Source of the DNA: a virus
Taxonomy: Duplodnaviria > Heunggongvirae > Uroviricota > Caudoviricetes
Virus record (IMG/VR): IMGVR_UViG_2529292920_000016
Strand: one strand, 5' to 3'
DNA: 32,229 bases
In this document: positions 16,432-24,429 of the stretch, piece by piece
Layout: every line of letters starts with the position of its first letter
How positions within the stretch are numbered: the first letter of the stretch is position 1
The notes under the pieces: model-generated
Database searches by the model: none
The model's input: only the letters and a program-made list of their open reading frames with translations
Told to the model about the DNA's origin: nothing
Position numbers and translations under genes: made by a program

Positions 16432-16797
16432 ATGACTGAACGCATAGAATTTGTTTTGCCTTACCCGCCAACGGTGAACACTTACTGGCGACGTCGTGGC
16501 AGCACATATTTTGTATCAAAAGCCGGTGAGCGTTATCGCCGTGATGTGGCGCTTATTGTTCGCCAGCAGCGGCTGAAATTAAACCTGTCCGGAAGGCTGG
16601 CGATAAAGATTATTGCAGAGCCACCGGATAAACGTCGTCGTGACCTGGACAATATCCTGAAAGCACCACTGGATGCGCTGACGCATGCCGGACTTCTCAT
16701 AGACGACGAGCAGTTTGATGAAATCAATATTGTGCGCGGTCAGCGCGTTCCTGGGGGGCGGCTGGGCGTGAAGATTTACAAAATTGAGAGTGAGTGA
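16432..16797 (+). CDS. rusA: RusA Holliday-junction resolvase
   Basis: The ATG directly follows the ydfU TGA. Motifs YPPTVNTYW and DKRRRDLDNILKAPLDAL are typical of RusA. Confidence 0.9.
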   Translation: MTERIEFVLPYPPTVNTYWRRRGSTYFVSKAGERYRRDVALIVRQQRLKLNLSGRLAIKIIAEPPDKRRRDLDNILKAPLDALTHAGLLIDDEQFDEINIVRGQRVPGGRLGVKIYKIESE

Positions 16798-17294
16798 TCG
16801 TAAATATGATATATCCGGAAATTACAGGCAAAAGCGGCGAGCATTTACGTCTAAAAACGCTGGAAGCCGTCTGGATCCAGGGGAAATTACGGATGTGGGG
16901 GCGTTGGTCGTATATAGGTGGTGGCAAACCAGGAAATATGTTCAATCAGTTGCTGGCATCCAAAAAACTGACAAAAACCGCGGTCAATGAAGCCCTGCGT
17001 AGAATCAGGGAGTCAGGGATTGATAAACCAGAGCTGGAAGCATTCTTGCGAGAGATGATCGCTGGCAGACAGAAGAGCTGGTTGTCTCACTGTACTGATG
17101 CAGAGGCGTTACGCATTGATGGGGTGATAAGTAAAGCGCTTGCACGTTATCCTGGATTGATTGATATCCTGCGGCAAAGGTACGAAGGGCGGGGGATGAG
17201 TAAACGCAAAATGGCTGAATTGTTGAATGAGGTTCACCCTGAGTGGTGCTATGCAATGCCGCAATCGTATAGATATGTGGCTGAGAATAGCTGA
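16794..17294 (+). CDS. Late antiterminator Q-like protein (3' end apparently frameshifted)
   Basis: GTG 16794 overlaps the rusA stop; ATG 16806 is an alternative. The LRMWGRWS block resembles QuuD-type Q. The expected C-terminal helix RNRIDMWLRIAEFILYPLMRDAFSFTDA lies in another frame (17260-17346). Confidence 0.6.
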   Translation: MIVNMIYPEITGKSGEHLRLKTLEAVWIQGKLRMWGRWSYIGGGKPGNMFNQLLASKKLTKTAVNEALRRIRESGIDKPELEAFLREMIAGRQKSWLSHCTDAEALRIDGVISKALARYPGLIDILRQRYEGRGMSKRKMAELLNEVHPEWCYAMPQSYRYVAENS

Positions 17295-17510
17295 GTTTAT
17301 TCTGTATCCACTGATGCGAGATGCATTTTCTTTTACTGACGCTTAGAATCTGGAGGGCGTTTGTTGTTGCACGAAGAGGATTTTTGGCTGGTAGTAAGGT
17401 TTGTGCAGTTTTAGAAAAAAAGCTTGTATTTTTAGCCATAAACTGTTTCAATCCAGCTACGCTTCGCAAAGCTGTACCGCGAGGCGAATAGCAGACATGG
17501 ACACCTGAAA

Positions 17511-17537
17511 GAACCCGCTTTATGCGGGTTTTTTTAT
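17511..17537 (+). terminator. Rho-independent terminator downstream of Q (tR'-like)
   Basis: AACCCGC-TTTAT-GCGGGTT followed by a T6 run. A possible promoter, TTGTAT-17-TTCAAT, lies at 17424-17452. Confidence 0.75.
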
Positions 17538-17658
17538 GCCTGAAAAACGGCACAGAACATTAAACGCGCTGGTAGTTGTGAATACTGGTCTTTCAGCTTG
17601 CTGGCTTTTTCGACAAGAGGTATTGGTATGTCACGTTAACCGGAAAAGGGAAAAAAGC

Positions 17659-17856
17659 ATGCTAAAACAGCAGGATATGACCTAAACCGCCAGAGTGGTG
17701 TTTAATGAATTAAGCGTCACCGAACCGGCGACCGTCGGGGAAATTGCGCAGAATACTTACCTTTCACGCGAACGCTGCCAGTTAATACTGACTCAGCTTG
17801 TTATGGCGGGTCTGGCAGATTATCAGTTCGGTTGTTACAGACGCCTTCCGCAGTGA
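17659..17856 (+). pseudogene. Small winged-helix ORF with in-frame TAA
   Basis: ATG 17659 gives MLKQQDMT, then TAA (17683-17685), then TARVVFNELSVTEPATVGEIAQNTYLSRERCQLILTQLVMAGLADYQFGCYRRLPQ in the same frame. A restart at GTG 17695 is possible. Confidence 0.45.
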
Positions 17857-17865
17857 AGGCTTTTT
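17843..17865 (+). terminator. Short hairpin plus T5 overlapping the stop of the small ORF
   Basis: GCCTTC-CGCAGT-GAAGGC followed by TTTTT. Confidence 0.45.
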
Positions 17866-18006
17866 AATTTGTGGTAATGGGCGGCTGGTGGGTGTTAGCG
17901 GCACCTGCCAGCCATCTGCTCATGCGTTGGGGTCACAAGCAAACCTCAGGCCCATCTGCTTTGCGCAAAAGCGGTATGAGCCTATCAGAGAAGTGCTTAT
18001 TGATCT

Positions 18007-19056
18007 ATGATTAATACTGTAAAAATATCCAGTTGTGAGTTAATCAACGCTGATTGCCTGGAATTTATCTAGACCTTACCGGAAAACTCTGTCGATCTGA
18101 TAGTCACAGACCCGCCATACTTTAAAGTGAAGCCCGAGGGCTGGGATAACCAGTGGGAGGGCGACGATGATTACCTGAAATGGCTGGACCAGTGTCTGGC
18201 GCAGTTCTGGCGGGTACTGAAGCCTGCCGGAAGTCTTTACCTGTTCTGTGGTCATCGCCTGGCATCTGACACCGAAATCATGATGCGTGAGCGCTTTAAT
18301 GTGCTGAACCACATTATCTGGGCGAAGCCGTCCGGACGCTGGAACGGGTGCAATAAGGAAAGTCTGCGGGCGTATTTTCCGGCAACAGAGCGCATTCTGT
18401 TTGCAGAACATTATCAGGGACCGTATCGCCCGAAAGATGATGGCTATGTGGCACAGGGGCGCGAGCTAAAACAGCACGTCATGGCCCCGCTGATTTCTTA
18501 CTTTCGTGATGCGCGTAAATCACTGGGAATAACGTCAAAACAGATAGCGGAAGCCACCGGAAAGAAAAACATGGCTTCGCACTGGTTTGGTACCAGTCAG
18601 TGGCAGTTACCGAACGAGGGTAATTACAACAAATTGCAGGCGTTGTTTGCGCGTGTTGCGGCAGAAAAACATCAGCGCGGGGAACTGGAAAAGCCACACC
18701 ACCAGCTGGTCAGCACATACAGTGAGCTGAACCGGCAGTATACGGAACTGCTGAGTGAATATAAAAATTTGCGGCGGTATTTCGGTGTGACGGCGCAGGT
18801 TCCGTACACCGATGTCTGGACGCATAAACCGGTGCAGTACTATCCAGGGAAACATCCGTGCGAAAAACCGGCAGAAATGCTGCAGCAGATAATCAACGCG
18901 AGCAGTCGTCCGGGAGACCTGGTTGCAGATTTTTTTATGGGTTCAGGTTCAACGGTAAAAGCGGCGATGGCACTGGGGCGTTGTGCGATTGGTGTTGAGC
19001 TGGAGACAGGACGTTTTGAACAGACAGTCAGGGAAGTTCAGGATTTAATCGTTTGA
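18007..19056 (+). pseudogene. DNA methyltransferase (DPPY, beta-class order) with premature amber codon
   Basis: ATG 18007 gives MINTVKISSCELINADCLEFI, then TAG (18070-18072), then TLPENSVDLIVTDPPY... The AdoMet motif DFFMGSGST is near the C-terminus. The track ORF begins only at GTG 18127, after DPPY. Confidence 0.75.
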
Positions 19057-19105
19057 AACGGATGGGATTGCAGAATTAATTACGCACCATTATTATTCTG
19101 CTACC

Positions 19106-19181
19106 GGCCCTTTAGCTCAGTGGTGAGAGCGAGCGACTCATAATCGCCAGGTCGCTGGTTCAAATCCAGCAAGGGCCACCA
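19106..19181 (+). tRNA. tRNA with CAU anticodon, ileX/ileZ-like (Ile2) or Met
   Basis: Acceptor GGCCCTT/AAGGGCC, anticodon loop CTCATAA, T-loop GGTTCAAATCC and encoded CCA. Close to E. coli ileX as recalled. Confidence 0.85.
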
Positions 19182-19190
19182 TCACATACC

Positions 19191-19260
19191 GCCATTAGCT
19201 CATCGGCAGAGAGCGTCAGCTTTCGAAACTGGCTGTGTGGGGCCCGGGTCCCCGATGGCA
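19191..19260 (+). tRNA. Degenerate tRNA-like element (possible Arg-UCG pseudo-tRNA)
   Basis: Acceptor-like GCCATT.../...GATGGC and D-arm GCTCATCGGCAGAGAGC. The loop TTTCGAA sits on an imperfect stem. The T-arm GGGGCCCGGGTCCCC lacks TTC. Confidence 0.3.
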
Positions 19261-19278
19261 ATCCATTATCTGCATTAT

Positions 19279-19355
19279 GCGTTGTTAGCTCAGCCGGACA
19301 GAGCAATTGCCTTCTAAGCAATCGGTCACTGGTTCGAATCCAGTACAACGCGCCA
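19279..19355 (+). tRNA. tRNA-Arg (UCU)
   Basis: Acceptor GCGTTGT/ACAACGC, anticodon loop CTTCTAA, T-loop GGTTCGAATCC and encoded CCA. Confidence 0.85.
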
Positions 19356-19465
19356 TATTCATTCTTCCAGATTTCTTCCGGCAGAGCCTTATACTGGAAT
19401 ATACTTGGCTCAGGATATTGTTGAAAATATTATATGTTTGTCAAAAATAAAAGTTCTGTTAAGTA

Positions 19466-19819
19466 TTGATTGAGTGTTTGTTATACGGTCTAATGGTTTT
19501 TTCAGTATTAAATATTTATCATTCATATGGTGTGGGTAGAGTGAATATTGATGAGGCGTCGGGGTGTTTCATCCTTAGGCAGCGTATTGATATAGTCAAT
19601 GCAGCACGAGCAAAGGCCTTCAGCCGTTTGACAGTTTTGTTCTGTACTCCTGATCGTCTTTCGGGAAGAGACGTTATTCTTCTGAATAGTGATGCTATAC
19701 AGAGGGTTTGCGATGAGTTCATGGTTGCTAATTCAGAATTATTTGCTCTTGTTCAGGAGTACAACAGAATAGCCAGGACCTGTGGTATGGATGAACTTCG
19801 GATTACTCATCTGGGGTAG
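19466..19819 (+). CDS. Hypothetical protein in the slot where Stx phages carry stx (start uncertain)
   Basis: Open frame of 117 codons. Candidate starts are ATG 19493 and GTG 19541, neither with a good RBS. No family recognised. Confidence 0.35.
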   Translation: MIECLLYGLMVFSVLNIYHSYGVGRVNIDEASGCFILRQRIDIVNAARAKAFSRLTVLFCTPDRLSGRDVILLNSDAIQRVCDEFMVANSELFALVQEYNRIARTCGMDELRITHLG

Positions 19820-20195
19820 ATACATATCTGGATTATCACCTGTTACGGTAAAAAGTGATTGCTTACTGTTTTTGTGAATGGCATTGCAGCAGCCGGATAA
19901 TGTCAGTGCTGGCTGACTGTGTACTGGTGGCGGGTGTGGTGGTTGTTGCTTTCCCGTTGCTGAAAAAGAAAACGCCAGACTGTTAGTCGGAGAAATTTTT
20001 AAATACTTCACAATTCAGGCGGTTGACTGTTGTCTGGTTTGCGGGGAGTTTGTTAAAAGAAACTGGCATGGTGAATCCACCTGTGCGGAGGGGCAATCAG
20101 CGAGTAGGTATATGGGATAATCGCGGATTCAGGTGCTGGTACTGAATTCACCGGGAGGCACCCGGCACCATGCAATGGCACATAGCGCCACTCTC

Positions 20196-20231
20196 CAGCC
20201 CCTCTCCGGAGGGGCTGTTTATATTGATTTT
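20196..20231 (+). terminator. Strong rho-independent terminator
   Basis: CAGCCCCTC-TCCG-GAGGGGCTG (9-bp stem) followed by TTTATATTGATTTT. Confidence 0.75.
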
Positions 20232-20251
20232 GTCAGATGTGAGTAAACTCC

Positions 20252-20587
20252 TTATGGACTTTGTTGTTTTAGTCCATAAGGACATATTTGCAGAGTGCAA
20301 CGGTTATTAAAGCATTCATTCAATACGTTATCTGTATTTGTAGGGCATTCCTGGCTGTTTTTGATTAAATTCCAGAATGTTTTATTGAATGGTACTACGT
20401 TGTAAATGGTTACAGGTAGCACTTTGTTATTGAGCATGATACCTGTGTGAGTCAGTGTAAATATACTTTCAGGAGGTAAGAAAGCATCCGATTGATACCA
20501 GATTATTAATTTTATTTTACTCCATATGACTGAAAAAGATATTCCGCATGATGGCTGGATAACTGTATCAATCACAATCCACTTCAT
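20252..20587 (-). CDS. Hypothetical 111-aa Cys-containing protein, antisense to the late operon
   Basis: AT-rich ORF on the strand opposite its neighbours. An AT-rich divergent region (20588-20790) is shared with nanS. No motif recognised. Confidence 0.45.
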   Translation of the reverse strand: MKWIVIDTVIQPSCGISFSVIWSKIKLIIWYQSDAFLPPESIFTLTHTGIMLNNKVLPVTIYNVVPFNKTFWNLIKNSQECPTNTDNVLNECFNNRCTLQICPYGLKQQSP

Positions 20588-20801
20588 TTAGTTTCCTTGT
20601 TTATGCCTTGCTGGTGATGTTCTGAAAAGTATAAATGATATTTTTGATTGTAAACCATAGAGCAGAATTATTTTTCTGATGTAGTTTATCCATGCATATC
20701 TGCTTGATGATGAGGTTTTTATTTAAGGTATGGTTTTGTGTTTTTTCTGTATTACATGTCAGGTATTTTAAAGAATTATTCTTCAGATGGTGGAAAGAAC
20801 C

Positions 20802-22652
20802 ATGGCATTTAAACACTATGATGTTGTCAGGGCGGCGTCGCCGTCAGATCTTGCGGAAAAGCTGACACATAAACTGAAAGAGGGCTGGCAGCCGTTTGGT
20901 AGTCCGGTGGCCATAACCCCTTATACCCTGATGCAGGCGATTGCAGCAGAAGGTGATATGGTCGTCAGTGGTGCAACTGAGCCAGAGTGGTACTACGTCA
21001 TCGTACTGGCCGGGCAATCCAATGCCATGGCTTACGGTGAAGGGCTTCCGCTTCCGGATTCATACGATGCGCCTCATCCGCGCATTAAGCAACTGGCCCG
21101 TCGTAACACAGTGACTCCCGGTGGTGAAGTATGCGTATTTAACGACATCATTCCTGCTGACCATTGTCTGCATGATGTTCAGGATATGAGTACGATTAAC
21201 CATCCCCGGGCTGACCTGAGCAAAGGGCAGTACGGCTGTGTCGGACAGGGCTTACATATTGCCAAAAAACTGCTTCCGTATATCCCTAATAATGCGGGGA
21301 TCCTGCTGGTACCATGCTGTCGTGGTGGTTCGGCATTCACCCAGGGCACGGAGGGGACATTCAGCGAGTCCACGGGGGCCAGTCAGGATTCGGCTCGCTG
21401 GGGAGTGGGTAAGCCGTTATATCAGGATCTGCTTTTCCGCACGAAGGCAGCATTGCAGAAAAACCCGAAAAACGTTTTGCTGGCGATATGCTGGATGCAG
21501 GGGGAATTCGATATGACGAATGCCAGTTACGCCCAGCAGCCAGCAGCATTTCTTGCAATGGTACAGCAGTTCCGTGCTGACTTTGCCGGGCTGGCGGCGC
21601 AGTGTCACGGTGGAAGTCCGGCATCAGTCCCCTGGATTTGTGGCGACACGACATACGCGTGGAAACAAGAACACGGTACGCAATATGAAGTGGTATATGG
21701 TGCATATAAAGGTAAAGAATCCCAGCAGATTTATTTTGTTCCCTTTATGACCGATGGTAGCGGAGTTAATACACCGACAAACAACCCGTCAGAAGATCCT
21801 GATATTGCCGGGTCTGGTTATTACGGTTCGGCATCCCGAACGAACAAAAACTGGGTATCATCAAATCGCCCGACGCATTTCAGCTCATGGACGCGTCGTG
21901 GCATTATTCCCGATCGTATGGCAACTGCTATTCTGAACGTAGCCGGTCGCACCTTAGCCTTCATTAGTGGTAAGGCACCGGAAATCAAACCCTCGCCCGG
22001 CGGCGACACGCCATCGGGGCCGTCTGAAGATGCATCCGTACGCACAATCTCCCTGTTGCCGACAGCCGGAGATGCTGCTGCGCAGGGCTGGAGCATTAAG
22101 AATGGCGGAATTCAGTTGTCAGATGGTGTATTTAAGATCACCAAGCAGAGCAATAAAACCTGGTCCCTGATGCATCCGGTGGATGACGCAATTACCCTGC
22201 TGACACAGGGCGGCAGACTGACCTGTAAGTTCCGCCTCTCAGGCGCACTGACCAACAATCAGTTCGGGCTGGGGATTTATCTGTATACGGACGCTCCCGT
22301 TCCTGATGATGTGGCGATGACGGGTACTGGTAATCCGTTCCTGATGTCTTACTTCACTCAGACCACTGACGGCAGAGTGAATCTGATGCATCACAGGAAA
22401 GCCGGAAACACGAAGCTGGGGGAGTTCGGCGATTACGGTAACGACTGGCAGACGCTGGAGCTGGTGTTCACCGCCGGCAGTGCCACGGTTACTCCGAAAC
22501 TGAATGGAGTGGCTGGCCCGGCATTCCAGGTTATAAAAGACAGTCTGACACTGGGACTGAATGCGCTGACGCTGACGGATGTTACAAAAAATGCAGCGTA
22601 TGGCGTTGAGATAGAAAGTCTGGTGCTGGAGATAAATGCACCGGCAGCATAA
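20802..22652 (+). CDS. nanS: Prophage sialate O-acetylesterase (NanS-p type)
   Basis: N-terminal MAFKHYDVVRAASPSDLAEKL (DUF1737-like), then an esterase core (VLAGQSNA Ser motif) and a C-terminal beta-rich domain. This is the usual position downstream of the stx slot. Confidence 0.75.
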   Translation: MAFKHYDVVRAASPSDLAEKLTHKLKEGWQPFGSPVAITPYTLMQAIAAEGDMVVSGATEPEWYYVIVLAGQSNAMAYGEGLPLPDSYDAPHPRIKQLARRNTVTPGGEVCVFNDIIPADHCLHDVQDMSTINHPRADLSKGQYGCVGQGLHIAKKLLPYIPNNAGILLVPCCRGGSAFTQGTEGTFSESTGASQDSARWGVGKPLYQDLLFRTKAALQKNPKNVLLAICWMQGEFDMTNASYAQQPAAFLAMVQQFRADFAGLAAQCHGGSPASVPWICGDTTYAWKQEHGTQYEVVYGAYKGKESQQIYFVPFMTDGSGVNTPTNNPSEDPDIAGSGYYGSASRTNKNWVSSNRPTHFSSWTRRGIIPDRMATAILNVAGRTLAFISGKAPEIKPSPGGDTPSGPSEDASVRTISLLPTAGDAAAQGWSIKNGGIQLSDGVFKITKQSNKTWSLMHPVDDAITLLTQGGRLTCKFRLSGALTNNQFGLGIYLYTDAPVPDDVAMTGTGNPFLMSYFTQTTDGRVNLMHHRKAGNTKLGEFGDYGNDWQTLELVFTAGSATVTPKLNGVAGPAFQVIKDSLTLGLNALTLTDVTKNAAYGVEIESLVLEINAPAA

Positions 22653-22863
22653 TAAAAAAGCCAGCGCCCACTCTGAAGGACGCTGGCTAAAACGGGTAGA
22701 TGTACTTCACATGATACTTATACTTGGCAGTACATTTTCTGACAGACAGTGACGGATGTTGTCAAGATATTGTGTCATTTATAACCTGAATCAGGGGTTG
22801 GCCGGAATGTTATCTGGCATTTTTAGCAGAGCCTGAATGCCATAATCACGGCTCCCGGCGTTG

Positions 22864-22900
22864 GCCGTCAGTGGGTGACACTGGCGGCTTTTTTGTTTTT
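22864..22900 (+). terminator. Strong terminator upstream of the lysis cassette
   Basis: GCCGTCAGTG-GGTGA-CACTGGCGGC (10 pairs including one G-U) followed by TTTTTTGTTTTT. Confidence 0.8.
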
Positions 22901-22944
22901 CTTTACTTTCATTTTCTGTCGGCGGTGACGGAGACATACATCAG

Positions 22945-23151
22945 ATGGAAAAAATCACAACAGGTGTGTCATACACCACGTCAGCGGTGGGGACGGGATA
23001 CTGGTTACTGCAGCTGCTGGACAAAGTCTCTCCGTCCCAGTGGGTGGCAATAGGTGTGCTGGGGAGTCTGCTGTTTGGCCTGCTGACGTATCTGACAAAC
23101 CTTTATTTCAAGATTAAAGAAGATAAGCGCAAGGCTGCGAGAGGTGAATAA
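22945..23151 (+). CDS. Class II holin (phage 21 S / pinholin type)
   Basis: 68 aa with two TMDs. [40 protein letters not shown] is close to S21 as recalled. Confidence 0.85.
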   Translation: MEKITTGVSYTTSAVGTGYWLLQLLDKVSPSQWVAIGVLGSLLFGLLTYLTNLYFKIKEDKRKAARGE

Positions 23152-23648
23152 TGCCTCCATCATTACGAAAAGCCGTTGCTGCTGCTATTGGTGGTGGGGC
23201 TGTTGCCATAGCGTCTGTGCTCATCACTGGTCCGAGTGGTGACGATGGCCTGGAAGGTGTCAGCTACATACCATACGAAGATATCGTTGGCGTATGGACT
23301 GTATGTCACGGACACACCGGAAAAGACATCATGCCCGGTAAAACGTATACCGAAGCAGAATGCAAAGCCCTCCTGAATAAAGACCTTGCCACGGTCGCCA
23401 GACAAATAAACCCGTACATCAACGTCGATATACCGGAAACAACGCGCGGCGCTCTTTACTCGTTCGTTTACAACGTGGGCGCTGGCAATTTCAGAACATC
23501 GACGCTTCTTCGCAAAATAAACCAGGGCGATATCAAAGGCGCATGTGATCAGCTACGGCGCTGGACATACGCTGGCGGTAAGCAATGGAAAGGGCTGATG
23601 ACTCGCCGTGAGATTGAGCGTGAAGTCTGTTTGTGGGGGCAACAATGA
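23151..23648 (+). CDS. SAR endolysin (R21-type lysozyme)
   Basis: TAATG overlap with the holin. The N-terminal Gly/Ala-rich signal-arrest-release segment is [18 protein letters not shown]. The E...D...T catalytic block is [22 protein letters not shown]. Confidence 0.9.
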   Translation: MPPSLRKAVAAAIGGGAVAIASVLITGPSGDDGLEGVSYIPYEDIVGVWTVCHGHTGKDIMPGKTYTEAECKALLNKDLATVARQINPYINVDIPETTRGALYSFVYNVGAGNFRTSTLLRKINQGDIKGACDQLRRWTYAGGKQWKGLMTRREIEREVCLWGQQ

Positions 23649-24082
23649 GCAGAGTAACCGCGATTATCTACGTTCTGGTCATCTGCCTCATCGTCTGCCT
23701 TTCATGGGCTGTTAATCATTACCGTGATAACGCCATCGCCTACAAAGAGCAGCGCGATAAAGCCACATCCATCATCGCTGATATGCAGAAGCGGCAACGT
23801 GATGTAGCAGAACTTGACGCCAGATACACAAAGGAGCTTGCTGATGCTAATGCGACTATCGAAAGTCTCCGTGCTGATGTTTCTGCTGGGCGTAAGCGCC
23901 TGCAAGTCGCCGCCACCTGTGCAAAGTCAACGACCGGAGCCAGCGGCATGGGCAATGGAGAAACCCCAGGACTTACAGCAGATGCTGAACTCAATTATTA
24001 CCGTCTCCGAAGTGGAATCGACAGGATAACCGCGCAGGTTAACTACTTGCAGGAGTACATTAGGACGCAATGCCTTCGATGA
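23645..24082 (+). CDS. Rz i-spanin
   Basis: ATGA overlap with the endolysin. N-terminal TMD followed by a coiled-coil periplasmic domain. Confidence 0.85.
   Translation: MSRVTAIIYVLVICLIVCLSWAVNHYRDNAIAYKEQRDKATSIIADMQKRQRDVAELDARYTKELADANATIESLRADVSAGRKRLQVAATCAKSTTGASGMGNGETPGLTADAELNYYRLRSGIDRITAQVNYLQEYIRTQCLR
23844..24029 (+). CDS. Rz1 o-spanin lipoprotein embedded in Rz
   Basis: +1 frame inside Rz. AGGAG RBS before ATG 23844. Lipobox LLGVSAC followed by a Pro-rich mature part. Confidence 0.8.
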   Translation: MLMRLSKVSVLMFLLGVSACKSPPPVQSQRPEPAAWAMEKPQDLQQMLNSIITVSEVESTG

Positions 24083-24154
24083 TAGCGATAATTTTCCCAT
24101 TATCTTTTATATGCGTGATTTTAGTTAGTTTTAGTCGCAACACGAATAAAACAG

Positions 24155-24181
24155 AGAACCACCCGCTATACGAGTGGTTCT
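24155..24181. terminator. Bidirectional hairpin between Rz and the antisense cargo gene
   Basis: AGAACCAC / GTGGTTCT 8-bp stem, A-rich upstream and T-rich downstream. Confidence 0.55.
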
Positions 24182-24198
24182 GATTTACACTTTTGAAA

Positions 24199-24429
24199 CT
24201 AAAAGCTAAATACTTGAGCAAGAACAGCTAACGCTGCGCAAAAAGCAGCCCGTTTATTCCATTTACTTTGTATTTCAATGGCTTTAAAACAACCCAGTGA
24301 TGAGAAACTGCCTTGTTCCGTTTTTGGTGGGTGTTCTTTGGAAGATGCAAAACATGAAATAATCCAAAAAATGGCGGAAAAAATTCCAAAAATTATTGAA
24401 GGCAAATGATGCTCTTTCAAAAACTCCAT
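24199..24429 (-). CDS. 76-aa two-TMD membrane protein (cargo in the slot where lambda carries bor)
   Basis: AT-rich minus-strand ORF with a GAGAG RBS. Hydrophobic segments: LPSIIFGIFSAIFWIISCFA and AAFCAALAVLAQVFSF. Confidence 0.55.
   Translation of the reverse strand: MEFLKEHHLPSIIFGIFSAIFWIISCFASSKEHPPKTEQGSFSSLGCFKAIEIQSKWNKRAAFCAALAVLAQVFSF

Noticed and set aside
19160-19348. 62-aa minus-strand ORF across the tRNA cluster.
   Set aside because: It overlaps two well-formed tRNA genes and has no translation signals.
19739-20011. 90-aa minus-strand ORF overlapping the end of the 117-codon frame.
   Set aside because: The product is Pro/Ser-rich and low-complexity, there is no RBS, and it overlaps other candidate elements.
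19360-20790. Shiga toxin genes at the canonical position after the Q-tRNA cluster.
   Set aside because: No ORF here resembles StxA (about 315 aa, N-glycosidase) or StxB (about 89 aa with a signal peptide).
22660-22687. Hairpin GCCAGCG...CGCTGGC after nanS, considered as its terminator.
   Set aside because: On the plus strand it is followed by TAAAAC rather than a T-run; the T-run is on the minus-strand side. Its orientation and function are ambiguous, so it is not listed as a feature.
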